Source of the DNA: Spartobacteria bacterium
Lineage (GTDB): Bacteria; Verrucomicrobiota; Verrucomicrobiia; Chthoniobacterales; UBA6821
Assembly (NCBI GenBank): GCA_947487385.1
Contig: CANKWU010000001.1
Location: 75,576 to 139,575, forward strand
Length of the DNA: 64,000 nt
Reading direction: 5' to 3'
Shown here: one piece after another, positions 19,438 to 27,779 of the stretch
How positions within the stretch are numbered: the stretch's first letter is position 1
Layout of the letters: every line of letters starts with the position of its first letter
Translations under genes and position numbers: made by a program
The notes under the pieces: model-generated
Told to the model about the DNA's origin: nothing
The model's database searches: none
Seen by the model: the letters and a program-made list of their open reading frames with translations, nothing else

Positions 19438-19484
19438 GGGAGTTGGGTTTTAAGAGGTTGGATGCTGGAGTTGGAAAGTGACGT

Positions 19485-20381
19485 TTAGCGCTTCATCCTT
19501 CGGATGAGGGCGTCGGCCATATCGGAAGGAGTCTCGGCAATCTCAATGCCAGCGGCACGGAGCGCGGCAACCTTGCCTGCTGCCGTTCCTTGACCGCCAC
19601 TCACGATGGCTCCCGCATGGCCCATGCGTCTTCCCTCGGGAGCGGTTGCTCCGGCGATAAATCCTGCGATCGGCTTCTTGCAATTTTCGGCAGCCCAGGC
19701 GGCAGCTTCTTCTTCGGCGCTTCCGCCGATCTCGCCGATCATGATGATCGCCTCGGTCTCCGGGTCCTCGTTGAACATCTTCAGAATATCCAGATGGGAT
19801 GTACCGTTGATCGGGTCGCCGCCGATGCCGACACAGGTGCTCTGGCCATAGCCACGGGTCGTGAGCTGCCAGACGGCCTCATAGGTGAGGGTCCCGGAGC
19901 GGGAGACGACGCCGACATTTCCCTTCTTGTGGATATACCCTGGGGCGATGCCGATGCGGCATCCTCCATGGGACTTCTCTCCTGTGCCAGGGGTGACCAG
20001 ACCGGGGCAGTTCGGACCGATGAGACGGGTCTTGGAGCCCTTCATGGCCTCCTTTACCTTCATCATGTCGATGACGGGAATTCCCTCCGTGATACAGACT
20101 ACGAGGTCCAGGCCTGCGGCAACACCTTCAAGGATGGCATCAGCAGCGAAGGGTGGGGGAACGAAGATTGCCGAGACGGTCGCTCCCGTCTCGCGAACGG
20201 CCTGATCCACGGTATCGAAGATAGGTACCTGACTCTCAAAGAGCTGACCGCCTTTACCCGGGGTGACGCCTGCAACGACCTTTGTGCCGTAGTCGAGGCT
20301 GAGCTTGGCATGACGTGCGCCGAAGCTGCCGGTGATGCCCTGAATAAGGACCTTGGTATCGGGAGTGACAAGAATGGACAT
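19485..20381 (-). CDS. sucD: succinyl-CoA synthetase alpha subunit
   Basis: [18 protein letters not shown] and the phosphohistidine loop [10 protein letters not shown]. Confidence 0.95.
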   Translation of the reverse strand: MSILVTPDTKVLIQGITGSFGARHAKLSLDYGTKVVAGVTPGKGGQLFESQVPIFDTVDQAVRETGATVSAIFVPPPFAADAILEGVAAGLDLVVCITEGIPVIDMMKVKEAMKGSKTRLIGPNCPGLVTPGTGEKSHGGCRIGIAPGYIHKKGNVGVVSRSGTLTYEAVWQLTTRGYGQSTCVGIGGDPINGTSHLDILKMFNEDPETEAIIMIGEIGGSAEEEAAAWAAENCKKPIAGFIAGATAPEGRRMGHAGAIVSGGQGTAAGKVAALRAAGIEIAETPSDMADALIRRMKR

Positions 20382-20410
20382 GGAATGAAAATTTAAGGTG
20401 GTAAGTGGGA

Positions 20411-21601
20411 TCAGGCAGCAGCCTTGACGGCGGCGACGATTTTGTTTGCTGCGACGAGAATGTTTTCTCCGCTCTCAAGTTTCAATCCGCTTTCTGCGAG
20501 GGTCTTCTTTCCGGCTTCGACGTTGTTCCCCTCAAGTCGGACGACGAGCGGGATGGAGAGCCCTGTCTCCTTGGCTGCCTCGACGATACCGTTGGCGATG
20601 ACATCGCAGTCCATGATACCGCCAAAGATATTGACCAGGATTCCCTTCACGCGGGAATCAGCAAGGATGATGCGAAAGGCCGAGGCGACCTGTTCACGGG
20701 TTGCTCCACCTCCCACATCAAGGAAGTTCGCGGGGCTGCCACCGGCATGCTGGATGATATCCATGGTGGCCATGGCAAGACCGGCACCATTGACTAGACA
20801 GGCGATATTACCGTCGAGGCCTATGTAGTTAAGCCCGTGCTTGGAGGCCTCGACTTCGCGCGGATCCTCCTCGGTGATATCGCGCATGGCGATGATCGAG
20901 GGCTGACGGTAGAGGGCATTGTCATCAAAGTTGAACTTCGCATCGAGGGCCATCAGGCGGCCATCTGTGGTGACGACAAGGGGATTCACCTCGACCATCG
21001 AGCAATCCCGCTCGATGAAGAGGCGGTAGAGATTGGTGAAGAGCTTGGAGGCCTGGTTCATCAGCGGGCCGGTGAGTCCCAGTGAGGAGGCGATCAGGCG
21101 TGTCTGGTATGGCATAATCCCTAGGAAGGGATTGATTGAAAGTCGGAGAATCTTCTCTGGGGTCTTGTCTGCGACCGTCTCAATGTCCACACCACCCTCG
21201 GTGCTGGCGATCAAAACAGGAACCGACGTGGCGCGGTCGATGAGGATCGCGAAGTAGAGTTCACGGGCGATATCTACGGCTTCACCGACGAAGATCTTTC
21301 CGACCTCCTTTCCCTCGGGGCCGGTCTGGTGGGTGACAAGAACCTGTCCGAGCATTTTCGAAGCCAGATCCTTGGCTTCCGAAGGAGTGTCGCAGAGATG
21401 GACGCCCCCTTTGAATCCGTTCTTGAACGTTCCCTTGCCACGTCCTCCGGCGTGAATCTGCGCCTTGATAACAAGCTTGCCCTGATTGAGGCCCGTGGCC
21501 ACGGTTTCTGCTTCTGTAGGCGTGTTGGCAACACCTCCAGGTTGGGTGGCTACGCCGAATTCGGCAAAAAGTTCTCGGGCCTGGAATTCATGGATATTCA
21601 T
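20411..21601 (-). CDS. sucC: succinyl-CoA synthetase beta subunit
   Basis: Start trimmed to the ATG at 21601 ([12 protein letters not shown]..). ATP-grasp N-terminal half, and [18 protein letters not shown] in the C-terminal half. Confidence 0.95.
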   Translation of the reverse strand: MNIHEFQARELFAEFGVATQPGGVANTPTEAETVATGLNQGKLVIKAQIHAGGRGKGTFKNGFKGGVHLCDTPSEAKDLASKMLGQVLVTHQTGPEGKEVGKIFVGEAVDIARELYFAILIDRATSVPVLIASTEGGVDIETVADKTPEKILRLSINPFLGIMPYQTRLIASSLGLTGPLMNQASKLFTNLYRLFIERDCSMVEVNPLVVTTDGRLMALDAKFNFDDNALYRQPSIIAMRDITEEDPREVEASKHGLNYIGLDGNIACLVNGAGLAMATMDIIQHAGGSPANFLDVGGGATREQVASAFRIILADSRVKGILVNIFGGIMDCDVIANGIVEAAKETGLSIPLVVRLEGNNVEAGKKTLAESGLKLESGENILVAANKIVAAVKAAA

Positions 21602-21674
21602 ATAGGAAAAGGGATAAGTACGACTAATACACATCACCCCGTTGCAGGAAAAGAACTCCCTTTGGAAAGGGCGG

Positions 21675-21697
21675 AAAAAAATGCCGGAAGGGCATTC
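21675..21697 (-). terminator. possible intrinsic terminator downstream of mrcA
   Basis: The minus strand reads GAATGCC-CTTCC-GGCATT followed by a T run. The stem is only 6 bp, so this is a weak call. Confidence 0.35.
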
Positions 21698-21738
21698 TTT
21701 TGGGGAGATGAGAGATGGGGAAGAGTTAAAAGGTTAAA

Positions 21739-21801
21739 GTGGGGAAGGTGGAGAAGGTGGAGAAGGTGGAGAAGGTGGAGAAGGTGGAGAAGGTGGAGAA
21801 A
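21739..21801. repeat. tandem repeat, 9-bp unit GTGGAGAAG, 7 copies (5 perfect, 2 flanking variants)
   Basis: Read directly from the sequence: gtggggaag, then (gtggagaag) x5, then gtggagaaa. It is intergenic, between the mrcA stop (21862) and the sucC start (21601). Confidence 0.97.
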
Positions 21802-21861
21802 GGGCGGTCAAGAATTGAACCAAGCCACCGCACCGCAACTCTTTAACTCTGTTACTTTTCC

Positions 21862-23781
21862 CTAAAGCAGCGGCCCTGCTGCAAAGTGATCTGCGGCACC
21901 TGATTTCATCACGTCTACCCAAATCGGCAGGGCCAGTTCCGCTCCGTAGCCTCCACGCATGATGGTCTTCGGGCGATCAAACCCTACCCAGACTCCGCAG
22001 GTGAGTCCCTGAGTGTATCCCAGGAACCAGGCATCCATGAAGTGGTCGGTCGTTCCCGTCTTTCCGGCGGCCGGCTTGCGAAGTCCAAGTTCTGCTGATT
22101 TTGCCGCCGTGCCGCGAGTTAGGACTTCGGTGAGGATGGCTGTGGTAGTTCTGGTCGCCGCAGGGTCGAGTACGGCGATCCGGCCATGGGTTGCCCGGTA
22201 GAGCACCGTCCCCTCGGAGTCGGTGACCTGTTCTATCAGGTGCGGTTGGAGTTTTTTCCCCCCGGTAGCCAGCGCCGTGTAGGCTGTGGTGAGATTCCTA
22301 AGGGTCGATTCGAAGCTGCCGAGGCAGATCGAGGGATAATGCGGCACATGCTCGGCCAGGCCGAGTCGCTCCATCGTGGAAGCGATATCACCCAGTCCGG
22401 TCTTCATGCCGACGCGGACGCTCATGGTATTCCGCGAATGCACAAGTCCCTCCTTGGCCGGAAGATCGCCGCCGAAGGTCCCGTCGCTATTCTGCGGATC
22501 ATAGCTCGAGGAGCGGGGGGGGAGATCCAACGGGGTGAGACGAGCATCACTCACCGGTGTTTCCGGCCTAATCACTCCCCTGCGGAAAGCTTCCTCATAG
22601 ACAAAAGGCTTTGCCGAGGAGCCGATCTGACGCATGGCGACTAGAGCCCTGTTGTACTTACTCTTAGCAAAATCCCTCCCTCCGACGATCGCCGTGATGC
22701 CGCCGCTGGCATTGTCGATGGCGAGAAGTGCCCCCTGGAGTGGTTCGGCGGACTCGCCCTCTTTAGCAAGCCGATGCTGCTGGCGGAAGTCAGGACGCTG
22801 CTCGACTTCTACGAGGCGTTTTGACATGGCGATCTCGGCGGACTGCTGGAGTCCGGCATCGATCGTTGTGTCGATCCTGAGTCCTCCTGTGTCAATCCTG
22901 TCCAAGGGGACGACCTGCTCCAGTTCGTGCAGAATCGCATCAACAGCCCAACTGTTGAGAGGGTTCACCAGGCTTTGCTGGCCGGAGGTTATCGGTTCAG
23001 ACTTCGCCTTCTCAAGCTGGGCATGAGTGATGAAGCCGAGTTCCTCCATCCTTCCTAGGACGACATTGCGCTGTCCGAGGGACGCATCAATATTGTTGAG
23101 CGGAGAGAACTTGTTGGGACTACGGATCAGACCGGCAAGCAACGCCCCCTCCGAGAGATCCATGTCGGAGGCCGGTTTTCCGAAATAAGCCTGACTCGCA
23201 GCCTCGACCCCGTAGAGACCCGAGCCGAAGTAGATGCGATTCATGTAGAGCTCCAGGATCTTCTCCTTGCTCATTTCCATCTCGATGCGAAACGCCATAG
23301 CGGCCTCCAGGAACTTGCGATTGAAGTTCTTCCCCCCGAGAGGGAAGCTGTTGCGGGCTAGTTGCTGAGTGATCGTGCTGGCACCCTGCTTCATCCCTCC
23401 CAGGAGTAGATTTCGGATGGCGGCACGGGCGATGCCGAGTGGGTCGATGCCGTGGTGTTCGTAGAAGCGCGAGTCCTCGCGGCTGATCAGCGCATTAACG
23501 AAATTTGGAGAGACCTTTTCGTAGGGGACAACGACTCTGTTCTCCCCCACGGTCCTGCTGTAGAAGATTCCGGTGCGATCGTAGATCGCCGAACGCTGGG
23601 GCATCTGCCCTATGGTCGAGATGTCGAAGGTCAACGCCCAGAGGTAGTAGAAAAGCCCGATCAGCATCCAGAAAAGGAGAGCCGCAAAGCCGAGCTTGAT
23701 CAGCGTGATCAGGAACGAGCGCTTTTGTATGGGGGGCCTTCTTTTGCCTCGGGGAGAGGAATTGCTGGAGCGTTTGTTCAC
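21862..23781 (-). CDS. mrcA: penicillin-binding protein 1A (bifunctional glycosyltransferase/transpeptidase)
   Basis: N-terminal TM helix. GT51 motifs are EDSRFYEHHGID, GASTITQQLAR and RKF.E. The transpeptidase motifs are SSAKP and KTGTT. Confidence 0.92.
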   Translation of the reverse strand: MNKRSSNSSPRGKRRPPIQKRSFLITLIKLGFAALLFWMLIGLFYYLWALTFDISTIGQMPQRSAIYDRTGIFYSRTVGENRVVVPYEKVSPNFVNALISREDSRFYEHHGIDPLGIARAAIRNLLLGGMKQGASTITQQLARNSFPLGGKNFNRKFLEAAMAFRIEMEMSKEKILELYMNRIYFGSGLYGVEAASQAYFGKPASDMDLSEGALLAGLIRSPNKFSPLNNIDASLGQRNVVLGRMEELGFITHAQLEKAKSEPITSGQQSLVNPLNSWAVDAILHELEQVVPLDRIDTGGLRIDTTIDAGLQQSAEIAMSKRLVEVEQRPDFRQQHRLAKEGESAEPLQGALLAIDNASGGITAIVGGRDFAKSKYNRALVAMRQIGSSAKPFVYEEAFRRGVIRPETPVSDARLTPLDLPPRSSSYDPQNSDGTFGGDLPAKEGLVHSRNTMSVRVGMKTGLGDIASTMERLGLAEHVPHYPSICLGSFESTLRNLTTAYTALATGGKKLQPHLIEQVTDSEGTVLYRATHGRIAVLDPAATRTTTAILTEVLTRGTAAKSAELGLRKPAAGKTGTTDHFMDAWFLGYTQGLTCGVWVGFDRPKTIMRGGYGAELALPIWVDVMKSGAADHFAAGPLL

Positions 23782-23872
23782 TGGTCGGACAAGAGTTAGG
23801 ACAGACTATGCCGTGATGGAGCTTGATGACGAGCCGCTGTTCATTGGACGATTCTAAGGTAATGATCTTTCC

Positions 23873-24544
23873 ATGATTGAGATCCAAATACTGACCCCTA
23901 TCCCTGCGATCGCCGAGGGAGTTCTTCGCGAGAGCATTCTAGGGCGTGCCCAAGAGGCGGGGCGCGTGAAGCTGGAAGCAGTGGATCTCCGTCGCTGGAC
24001 GCATGACCGCCACCGGACAGTCGATGATGCACCCTATGGGGGAGGGCCCGGGATGGTCATGAAGATCGAGCCGATCGCCGAAGCCCTCTCCGAGCTTCGC
24101 AGGCCCGAGAGCAAGGTCATCTTTCTTACTCCGCAGGGGAGGAAGCTAACGCAACCAATCGTCCGAGAGTATGCCAAGGCCGAGCACCTGATTCTGCTGT
24201 GCGGCCATTATGAGGGGGTCGATCAGCGCGTGGCTGATCATCTTATCGACGATGAGATCTCGATCGGCGACTATGTCCTCACCAACGGCGTGCTCGGGGC
24301 ACTTGTCTTGACAGATGCAATCGTGCGCCTCATTCCTGGGGTTTTAGGTGATGATCAGTCTGCGGTGAGTGAGTCCTTTGAGAACAGCTTGCTTGACCAT
24401 CCCCATTACACCCGTCCCGTTGAGTTTAATGGATGGGAAGTCCCTCCGATTCTTCTCTCAGGGAATCATGGAGCAATAGCGACATGGCGTGCAAAAAAGG
24501 CTCTGGAAGCAACCAAGAAGTGCAGGCCTGATCTACTCGGTTAA
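23873..24544 (+). CDS. trmD: tRNA (guanine37-N1)-methyltransferase
   Basis: DLR.....H...DD.PYGGGPGMVMK, LLCGHYEGVDQRV and ISIGDYVLTNG. Confidence 0.95.
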   Translation: MIEIQILTPIPAIAEGVLRESILGRAQEAGRVKLEAVDLRRWTHDRHRTVDDAPYGGGPGMVMKIEPIAEALSELRRPESKVIFLTPQGRKLTQPIVREYAKAEHLILLCGHYEGVDQRVADHLIDDEISIGDYVLTNGVLGALVLTDAIVRLIPGVLGDDQSAVSESFENSLLDHPHYTRPVEFNGWEVPPILLSGNHGAIATWRAKKALEATKKCRPDLLG

Positions 24545-24552
24545 AAGGTAAA

Positions 24553-24906
24553 GTGGGAATCAAAGAAAACCGAGACTCTGGCTGGCGGGATTTATCCCGC
24601 CGACTGATGCAGCTCATTCTCTTTATTCCGGTTATCACCATCGACTTTGGTTGGATCTACTGGCGTCTCGACTCGGAAGCCAGGCGTCGGGGGCGTAGCC
24701 ACATCCGCTTTGATGAGGGGACGGGGGAGTTGGATACGTTCGATTACTACCATGCCTCCGCCATGACGCTTCTGCAGTTTGAGCCCTCCGGAGTTAAGCC
24801 TACCTCGAGGCTGATGAAGACGCTGTTCGTGATCCACGGGGCCATGATGCTCGATCTGGTTGCCCTAACCCTCTCTCGTGCCATCGGACTTGCCTCGGGA
24901 GGGTAA
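24553..24906 (+). CDS. small 2-TM membrane protein, K+-channel-like pore region with a degenerate filter
   Basis: GTG start 8 nt after trmD, preceded by AAGG. TM1 is LILFIPVITIDFGWIYW. It is followed by FDYYHASAMTLLQFEPSGVKPTS and a second TM. This resembles a pore helix and filter, but the TVGYGD filter is not conserved. Confidence 0.4.
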   Translation: MGIKENRDSGWRDLSRRLMQLILFIPVITIDFGWIYWRLDSEARRRGRSHIRFDEGTGELDTFDYYHASAMTLLQFEPSGVKPTSRLMKTLFVIHGAMMLDLVALTLSRAIGLASGG

Positions 24907-25266
24907 TCTGTTCCTCGCGACTAGAGATGACGACGGAGTCCATGGGTTAATCGGGGATTGACGCCCCTGGACCTGACAAGCAAATAACTTACTTCAGGCA
25001 GCCGTAGCTAAACTGGAAATTCGCTTTCCTCCGAGTTTTGCAATAGGAAAATAAAGTTGATGGAAAAAAACACGGATCCTACAAGGGACAGAAATCTTAT
25101 CGATTCCGTAGCGTAATTGTAGAGGCTGCTGCCTCGCCATCCTTATCGTGGGGGTGGGGACCTCTTCAAAGCAAAAGAGTCCTCTTCAAAAAGACGAGAC
25201 TCAGACAGATCTTCTGCTTGACATTCGCTAGCTCCTCCAAGAGCTCCCAAGTTACATAGCTTGAGA

Positions 25267-26700
25267 TCATGGCTTCTTTCTCAGGAAAGCGGCTGCCGGG
25301 GCCGTCTGGACAAATTGTGCGGCAGCTCCCGGATTAATGCTTTTCCATTGTGAAACCACCCGGGATAAAGTGGCATCCCGGAGCGGTCTCTCTGAGATCT
25401 GGGAACTCCAGTAGGCGGCTAGCTCGGGATCACTTGCTGCAAGTGTGCTTCCAAACGAAGAAAGCGCCGTGTTACGGTCGGAAGCCCTCTGGATGCCCTG
25501 AACCCACTGCAGCGCCTCCCGGGGATCTGAGCGAGTCCACGTGGAAGAAATAGCGCCCACCGCGGCATCCCTATCGCGGTCTTTCGCAATGGCCGCTGCC
25601 CACACGGCTGCCGACATCGGGTCAATCAAGGTCCAACTGGAGGCGATGGAGGCGACCCGCTGAGGGAAGTACTCACGGCCAGATCCGGTTGTCATCCATA
25701 TGGCAGCGGCCTCGGGATCGGAACTCACAAAGCTACCCACGGCAGCATCCATAGCCCGACGCTGCACGGGACCGAACGCCAGTTGCGGACCAGTCAGGGG
25801 GCCGCCGGCCATCGCTCGGCTCCAGATCAAGGCGGCCTGCGGATCCTTTCGAGCCCATTCCGACGCGAGCTTACCCACCAACGCGAGCTGGATTTCCACG
25901 GGCCGTTCGGCAAGCCATTCGGCTGCAACCTGAGGATCCCGCCGCATCCAGGATCCGAACAGCTGTTGTAGGGTCTTTTCCCGAAGAGGGCCTGGAAGCT
26001 TTTCCGCCCAGGCCAGAGCACTCTTCGGATCCCTCTCTGAAGCGCTGGTGATGCCGTTCAAGGCAGAGGAACGAGAAGCGAAACTTGGCAGGAATTTCAA
26101 CGAGGCCATCGCGACGGCGTGGTTGCTTGAGGCCCAGATCGCATACACAGTACCGATAGCCATGTCCCGGAGAATCGGCGACTGGAGCTTTGACGCCCAA
26201 CGTGAGGCGGAAATGGGATCCATCCGCGCCCAGACAGAGACGCTTTCCTTCAGCAGCCTGTCATTAGCCCCACCAAAAACTGCCTGATAAGCATAATTGC
26301 AGGCTTGCTCAGGATAAAAGGCTGCCCAACGGGTCACTAGGGCAAGCTCCTTTTCATCAGTTTGCTCTCCTGGTGCCATGGAGGGGATCAACGATAGCTC
26401 CTTGAGGACTTGATTCAATGGGAGCGATTCCGGCGACTGCTGCCTCCATGGCTTCAGTGACGGCTTCCAAGCGATCTTCGAGAGCTTTCTTATCGACCCC
26501 TTCTCATCGACTGACTTCCCCCACCCCTCCCTCCCATCTGCGCTGGGAATCACGGCATGTTGCTCCGATCTTTGGGATTGTTGGTCAACAGCAAAATAGA
26601 GCGCACCTCCACCAATTGCCGAAAGCACTGTTGCGGCAAGTATGAGAAAATAGAACCTGCGGTTTGTTGATTGGGGAACCGCGGCCTTGGTCATATCCAT
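25267..26700 (-). CDS. membrane-anchored repeat protein (roughly 9 copies of a W-x2-DP-x2-A-x2-W helical repeat)
   Basis: N-terminal TM helix (FYFLILAATVLSAIGGGALYF). Recurrent units follow, e.g. WARMDPISASRW, SERDPKSALAWA, WMRRDPQVAAEW, WARKDPQAALIW, VSSDPEAAAIW, WTLIDPMSAAVW, WTRSDPREALQW, AASDPELAAYW and WKSINPGAAAQF. Confidence 0.7.
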   Translation of the reverse strand: MDMTKAAVPQSTNRRFYFLILAATVLSAIGGGALYFAVDQQSQRSEQHAVIPSADGREGWGKSVDEKGSIRKLSKIAWKPSLKPWRQQSPESLPLNQVLKELSLIPSMAPGEQTDEKELALVTRWAAFYPEQACNYAYQAVFGGANDRLLKESVSVWARMDPISASRWASKLQSPILRDMAIGTVYAIWASSNHAVAMASLKFLPSFASRSSALNGITSASERDPKSALAWAEKLPGPLREKTLQQLFGSWMRRDPQVAAEWLAERPVEIQLALVGKLASEWARKDPQAALIWSRAMAGGPLTGPQLAFGPVQRRAMDAAVGSFVSSDPEAAAIWMTTGSGREYFPQRVASIASSWTLIDPMSAAVWAAAIAKDRDRDAAVGAISSTWTRSDPREALQWVQGIQRASDRNTALSSFGSTLAASDPELAAYWSSQISERPLRDATLSRVVSQWKSINPGAAAQFVQTAPAAAFLRKKP

Positions 26701-27030
26701 ATAAAAGGGGTCAGTAAAATGGGTCAGTCAAGAATGGCGTTAAGACAAGGCCTTGGCAGGAGTTTTTGCTTTCCATCGATTTCTATGTTGAGGGAGCTCC
26801 ATCTCATGTCGAGGTTTAGTGAGGAGAGCGTAGTTTTTAGGTTTTCGCTTTTTTGCGCGAGGCTAACCTCTGTTAGGTCGCAGGGGAACGGGGTCTGAGG
26901 CGATGGCTGAGAGCATTTAGGCGATGAGAGCCTGCTGCTTGGTTGGGGATGAGCATGATGCCTTGATCACCGAGGAGAAGTGGCGTGCGCTGTCCAAGCT
27001 TGCCTTGAAGCTCAAGCGCTTAGAAAGGGG

Positions 27031-27270
27031 TCAGTCCCGCGTATTATCGCTTTTTACACGGGTTGCCCACAATGCCCTCCAAAGATTCTGAGGAACTCCC
27101 GCGTTCAATTCCCTCGCGATCCACGTCATCGTCATTGTTGTGCTCCGCCTCAGTTCTCCGGCCAGAAGCACCTTGTCGGCATGCCCTTTCCTGAGCTTGC
27201 GGAATTCTTCCAATCCCACGCCCCGCTTTTTCAAAAACTCCCGCACGATTCCTCGCGCCTTTTCCTCCAT
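27031..27270 (-). pseudogene. remnant of the C-terminal HTH tail of an IS200-like / REP-associated (Y1) transposase-family protein
   Basis: The 79-aa ORF reads ..LRKGHADKVLLAGELRRSTTMTMTWIARELNAGVP... It matches the KG..KV.LA..LRR.TTM...WIA..L.MG tail that I recall from PVC-type transposases carrying a DnaA-C-like HTH. No catalytic N-terminal part is present, and there is a stop 17 codons upstream of the ATG. Confidence 0.4.
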
Positions 27271-27289
27271 CGTCTCTTCCAGCGCCTCG

Positions 27290-27610
27290 CTCGCAGTTGG
27301 CGACGCACTGGCTGCCCACGGCTACTTCGACCGCGCGCCCGAGTTGGAGTTGTTAGGCCACCTGAGGAATGGAGTTGCCCACGGCAATGTGTTCAGGATC
27401 GACAATCCGAAATCCTTGACCAAGTATCCGGCGCACAACCGCTTGGCATGGGTTCGTGGAGACTTGAAGACCGAGTTCGAAGTAGTCGCGGGCTTGGACG
27501 GTCAGCCAGTTTTGTTCTCCTTCATGTGTCCAGGTGATGCGCTTGACTTGCTCATGTCCGTGGGGCTCTACCTTATCCGGATGGGGAACGGTGATCCACT
27601 TCGTCCTTAA
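27290..27610 (+). pseudogene. 5'-truncated fragment of an HEPN-like protein (Rx4H motif)
   Basis: Only the distal ~105 codons of track ORF 27140..27610 look protein-like (..ELELLGHLRNGVAHGNVFRIDNPKSL..). They include R-N-G-V-A-H at 27365-27382. The proximal part is antisense to the remnant above, and no start codon precedes the good region. Confidence 0.3.
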
Positions 27611-27779
27611 CTCTGAGGGCGCTATACGGCGCTGCCCACTGACGCCTAACCGTTGGAGTGCCCCCGTTTTTCCAGGAGGTGTATCAGTATGTTTTCGCTG
27701 CGTGATCTCACCTTAAGGCATCTGCTTCTTTCCCTTGCAGGAATATACTGATTTAAATCATCTCTTCAGAATCATTTCC

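Noticed and set aside
21739-21801. Possible CRISPR array.
   Set aside because: The units are contiguous 9-mers with no spacers, and no cas genes are present in the window.
21329-21922. ORFs translating the 9-bp repeat as WRRWRRWRRW (plus strand) or PSPPSPPSPP (minus strand).
   Set aside because: These are artefacts of translating a 9-bp tandem repeat in intergenic DNA. The flanking parts are antisense to sucC or overlap the mrcA end.
26980-27537. 185-aa plus-strand ORF across the islet, plus the 91-aa minus-strand ORF 27044..27319.
   Set aside because: Their R/P/C-rich translations show no protein-like pattern. They are alternative frames of the two fragments that do look protein-like.
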